Translations under genes and position numbers: made by a program
The notes under the pieces: generated by a model
What the model was told of the DNA's origin: nothing
The model's database searches: none
Seen by the model: the letters and a program-made list of their open reading frames with translations, nothing else
Assembly: GCF_006345805.1 (NCBI RefSeq)
Contig: NC_043016.1
Coordinates: 15,500,001-15,564,000, forward strand
Direction: 5' to 3'
From: Octopus sinensis
Lineage: Eukaryota
DNA: 64,000 nt
In this document: positions 63,105 through 64,000 of the stretch, one piece after another
Numbering within the stretch: the first letter of the stretch is position 1
How the letters are laid out: the number at the start of each line of letters is the position of its first letter

Positions 63105-64000
63105 AGCAGAAAAGTCTTCACATCCGATATGGAATAGCTGAAATACTTGCAAACTCCATAGTCCAATGGTATCTATGGTCATTATGTACTAAACCCAGTT
63201 TCATTGCCACCTCTTTGTAACTATGGCTAACTGCATCATTAATAGTCCTCATATCTTCAAATGATGTAGCTTCGGGAATATGAGATAGTAAAGCTCTCAG
63301 ATAGAATTGCTCCTGTTCCTTTGGTGAAACAAAGTAGATACGCCCAATTGGGTGTGTTATTATTTTTTCACTATTATTCCATGTGTAAAATTCAGGGAAA
63401 TCAGTAGAGTGTAATGTATGTGCAAATAAGTTAACTGGTGATTCCCGGTTAACTTGCATCCATCCACTGAGTGTGGACCTGTCATGTGTGTGGATAACAG
63501 GTTCAATATCATCATCGTCATTAAAGTAAATGTATTGCTGTTGGGGTAAATGAACTGTAAGCTGTTGGACTGCAGGATGTGAACTCTGTAATTTGAACCC
63601 TAAAATCCTCCGGACTGCCTTTGATGAGGATACATAGCAGCCATTGATGTAATTTTCAGTTTCATCTTTGTGTGTTTGTTGTGCATTGGTTTGTCCCCTA
63701 ATATTGACCGTCACCCGATCATGGCCTTTATGAATATATTTGCTAATATATTTAACTGATTTTACAGATGCACATATCTCTACATTACAATGACATTCCA
63801 TATTTGACTTAAAAGATGGGGGCATATGATACTACTGAACGACTATCTAATTCAACATTAGTCTATGTAAATGTAAAACCATTATTTCAACGTTGGTAAA
63901 GTGGATTGCCATTATTACTGTGGAATGTATTTTCCTGAAAGTCTCTAGGGAAATGTCTTTTACATTTCCCATCAACAATACATATTGCATTGGGTTTATC
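63105..64000 (-). mobile_element. Helitron Rep/helicase fragment (degenerate)
   Basis: NPNAICIVDGKCKRHFP..LYQR..DSRSVVSY; HCNVEICASVKSVKYISKYIHKGHDR; AVQQLTVHLP; IGRIYFVSPKEQEQFYLRALL..ATSFEDMRTIN; contains stops and a frameshift. Confidence 0.93.

Noticed and set aside
57109-64000. Search for the next SLC7 exon (TM8 region)
   Set aside because: No matching exon seen; the region is occupied by RTE, PLE and Helitron remnants, so the gene probably continues beyond the window.

Overview
Eukaryotic, AT-rich, microsatellite-dense animal DNA. The SINE/RTE repertoire and composition point to a coleoid cephalopod, probably Octopus (inference). One host gene is clear: the first five coding exons (3966-4392, 43266-43391, 44488-44587, 48349-48393, 56985-57108; 274 codons, all GT-AG and phase-compatible) of a + strand SLC7 light-chain (LAT/y+LAT/b0,+AT/xCT-type) amino-acid transporter, with a 38.9-kb first coding intron; the remaining exons were not found in the window. 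Most other sequence is transposon debris: Gypsy, RTE, CR1/L2, several Penelope-like elements, a Helitron, tRNA-derived SINEs, MITEs and long (TA)n/(TATG)n tracts, which explain nearly all listed ORFs. Main observations: (1) a 2.65-kb foldback transposon with ~1.15-kb near-identical arms, GG..CC ends, a perfect 8-bp TSD and the same retroelement fragment in both arms; (2) many minimal hammerhead-ribozyme motifs in short Penelope-type inserts, some with intact cores and some sense to the pre-mRNA; (3) an in-frame uORF ending in UAG 9 nt before the transporter ATG, plus a paired inverted ATF4/AARE-like element in intron 1; (4) an unusual substrate-pocket signature in the transporter. Repeat boundaries are read by eye and are approximate unless TSDs are given.
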